From the NCBI GenBank assembly GCA_964429835.1, contig CAYSDT010000001.1:1-27023 (forward strand): a DNA stretch of 27,023 nt, written 5' to 3'. Source of the stretch: an uncultured Ardenticatenaceae bacterium (GTDB lineage Bacteria; Chloroflexota; Anaerolineae; Promineifilales; Promineifilaceae). Numbering within the stretch: position 1 is the first letter of the stretch; every line of letters starts with the position of its first letter. Position numbers and translations under genes: made by a program. Below are positions 25,227 through 27,023 of the stretch, in pieces. The notes below the pieces were generated by a model. It ran no database searches and was not told the origin of the DNA. It saw only the letters and a list, made by a program, of their open reading frames with translations.

Positions 25227-26675
25227 CTACTCTTGCAACGCTTGCGTCAACAACGTATTGACCAAGCGCGGATTCGCTTTGCCTCTGGTCGCTTTCATCA
25301 CTTGCCCGACAAAAAAGCCGCGCACTTTCATGTTGCCGCCACGATAAGCGGTGACAGAATCCGCATTATCGGCCAAAATCTCGGCAATAACGGCCGTTAA
25401 TGCCGCTTCGTCCGAAATTTGGGAAAGCCCCTTTGATTCTACGATGAAAACGGCCGTTTTGCCCGACTTAAACATCTCATCCAGCACCTCACGGCCACTG
25501 TTTTGGTTGATGGTCTGTTTCGTAATCAAGCCCAACAGTTCCACCAACCCTGCGGGGGTGATGGGATTCGCGTCAATTGACAGTTTGGCTTCGTTCATCA
25601 AACGGAATAAATCGTTGATAATCCAGTTGGCGATCATCTTGGGGGTGATGGATGGATCGGCAGCCGCAGAAATAGCAGCCTCAAACCAAGTCGCTACCCC
25701 AATCTCATCCGCCAGTACATCGGCATCATAAGCTGACAGCCCAAAATCAGATTGGTAGCGTGCCAGTTTAACGTCGGGGAGTTCAGGAAGGGTGTGGGAA
25801 ACGGCCGTTATCCATTCCGCATCCAAAAACAGCGGCGGCAAATCAGGCTCATCAAAATAGCGATAATCTTCCGCCTCTTCCTTCGCCCGCTGGCTGAATG
25901 TGATGCGTTTTGTGTCATGCCAGCCGCGTGTCTCTTGCACGACTGCACCGCCAGCACGCAAAATCTTTTCCTGTCGCACAATCTCGTAAGCCGAACCATC
26001 GGCCAATGCGCGGAAGCTGTTCAAATTTTTCAACTCAGTGCGCGTACCAAATGTCGTCGTTCCCGCAGGGCGTAAGCTGATATTAGGTTCAACGCGCAGT
26101 ACACCTTTCTCCATATCGCCTGAATTAACACCCAAATAGCGCAAAATACGACGGATTTTCATCCCATACGCCCGCGCCTCTTCACCAGAATGAATATCTG
26201 GCTCAGAAACAATCTCCAGCAACGGCACGCCCGCACGGTTGTAATCCACGAGAGAATGCCCATCTTCATGCGTCAATTTACCCGTGTCCTCTTCCATATG
26301 AACCCGACGAATCCGAATCCGCTTCGTTTCGCCAGCTTCCGTCTCGATGTCCAGCCACCCGTTCAGCCCAATCGGCTGTTCGTACTGGGTAATTTGATAC
26401 GCCTTCGCCAAATCGGGGTAAAAGTAGTTTTTACGCGAAAACACATTATGCGGTTGCACTTCGCAGTTCAACGCCAACGCCACTTTCATCGCATATTCAA
26501 TCGCCCGCCGATTGATGACGGGCAACATGCCGGGCATACCCAGACAAACAGGACAAACGGCCGTGTTTGGCGGCGCAGTCACACTGTCCACCACGCGGCA
26601 GCCACAAAACATTTTGGAATTGGTCATCAACTCGGCATGAATTTCCAAGCCGATAATCGGTTCATATGTAATCAT
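25227..26675 (-). CDS. gatB: Asp-tRNA(Asn)/Glu-tRNA(Gln) amidotransferase subunit B
   Basis: Hallmark motifs IGLEIHAEL...[57 protein letters not shown] and C-terminal [16 protein letters not shown]. 482 aa. Confidence 0.98.
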   Translation of the reverse strand: MITYEPIIGLEIHAELMTNSKMFCGCRVVDSVTAPPNTAVCPVCLGMPGMLPVINRRAIEYAMKVALALNCEVQPHNVFSRKNYFYPDLAKAYQITQYEQPIGLNGWLDIETEAGETKRIRIRRVHMEEDTGKLTHEDGHSLVDYNRAGVPLLEIVSEPDIHSGEEARAYGMKIRRILRYLGVNSGDMEKGVLRVEPNISLRPAGTTTFGTRTELKNLNSFRALADGSAYEIVRQEKILRAGGAVVQETRGWHDTKRITFSQRAKEEAEDYRYFDEPDLPPLFLDAEWITAVSHTLPELPDVKLARYQSDFGLSAYDADVLADEIGVATWFEAAISAAADPSITPKMIANWIINDLFRLMNEAKLSIDANPITPAGLVELLGLITKQTINQNSGREVLDEMFKSGKTAVFIVESKGLSQISDEAALTAVIAEILADNADSVTAYRGGNMKVRGFFVGQVMKATRGKANPRLVNTLLTQALQE

Positions 26676-26684
26676 AAGAAAAGA

Positions 26685-26736
26685 TAGAGTGTAGAGATAG
26701 AGAAACGGAATATGCTGTCTCTATCTCTACACTCTA
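26685..26736. repeat. 19-bp perfect hairpin built from short CTCTAY-type repeats in the gatB leader
   Basis: TAGAGTGTAGAGATAGAGA (26685-26703) pairs with TCTCTATCTCTACACTCTA (26718-26736) around a 14-nt loop. Extra repeat units extend to the upstream stop codon. Confidence 0.8.
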
Positions 26737-26744
26737 CACTCTAT

Positions 26745-26978
26745 CTAGGGTCCAAATGCGTCCAAGACGGGCGCGTAATGGCAACGGCAGCCATCCGCGT
26801 GGGAACAGCCTTCAACGGGCAATGCGGGAACATCACCAAAATCATACGCACCTTCAGCCGCACGGCACGCAGGGCAGCTATCACGGCTGATCAAAATCCG
26901 AACCCGTGTCGCCAATCCACCTTCAATATCTTTTAATGCTTGTTTCTGTTCTTTTGTTCTTTTTGCTTCGTCGTACAC
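26745..26978 (-). CDS. Small Cys-rich hypothetical protein (77 aa), probable zinc-binding domain resembling the C-terminal motif of phage MuF/SPP1 gp7 head proteins
   Basis: GTG start with AAGGAG 6 nt upstream. Motifs CPAC and CSH..GCRC.Y.P. Same strand as gatB and 69 nt upstream of it. Confidence 0.75.
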   Translation of the reverse strand: MYDEAKRTKEQKQALKDIEGGLATRVRILISRDSCPACRAAEGAYDFGDVPALPVEGCSHADGCRCHYAPVLDAFGP

Positions 26979-27023
26979 AATTAGCTCCTTACTAATAACA
27001 TCTCATTCCCACGCAGAGCGTGG

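Larger units (their letters stand above)
612..25809. repeat. Highly iterated palindrome AACGGCCGTT dispersed through the window
   Basis: At least 29 exact 10-mers by manual count, e.g. 612, 3058, 3539, 4919, 5132, 5441, 8407, 8911, 10190, 10231, 11161, 12514, 12871, 13662, 14983, 15262, 17121, 17517, 17601, 17931, 18345, 20643, 22518, 23696, 24884, 24982, 25389, 25449 and 25800. About 8 further ACGGCCGT cores. Confidence 0.95.

Noticed and set aside
26190-26687. 165-aa plus-strand ORF and other short ORFs over gatB
   Set aside because: Antisense to a highly conserved housekeeping gene, with no independent evidence.
26745-27023. Prophage edge suggested by the MuF-like motif, or a gatCAB operon
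   Set aside because: No other phage gene, integrase or att-like repeat is in view, and the gene upstream of gatB is not gatA or gatC.

Overview
About 27 kb of bacterial chromosome in which every credible gene lies on the minus strand. The multi-GAF architectures suggest Chloroflexota/Anaerolineae-like origin (inference). In transcription order (right to left): a 77-aa Cys-rich protein, gatB, then an array of seven large paralogous sensor-like proteins built from TM, Cache-like, HAMP, PAS and GAF modules, interrupted by a Methyltransf_19 (DUF574)-type SAM methyltransferase. The last array gene (3470 to <1) runs off the window and is missing from the supplied ORF track. None of the six complete sensors has a recognisable enzymatic output domain. 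All six instead end in a conserved ~50-aa partial-GAF tail, and five of the seven carry an internal Trp-marked module resembling the complementary part of a GAF. The palindrome AACGGCCGTT occurs at least 29 times (manual count), in all three reading frames, in gatB and intergenically, like a cyanobacterial HIP1 but with a different sequence. Intergenic gaps hold GTAG-type REP palindromes, two MITE-like insertions with 7-bp target duplications, heptamer tandem repeats and a terminator-like hairpin.
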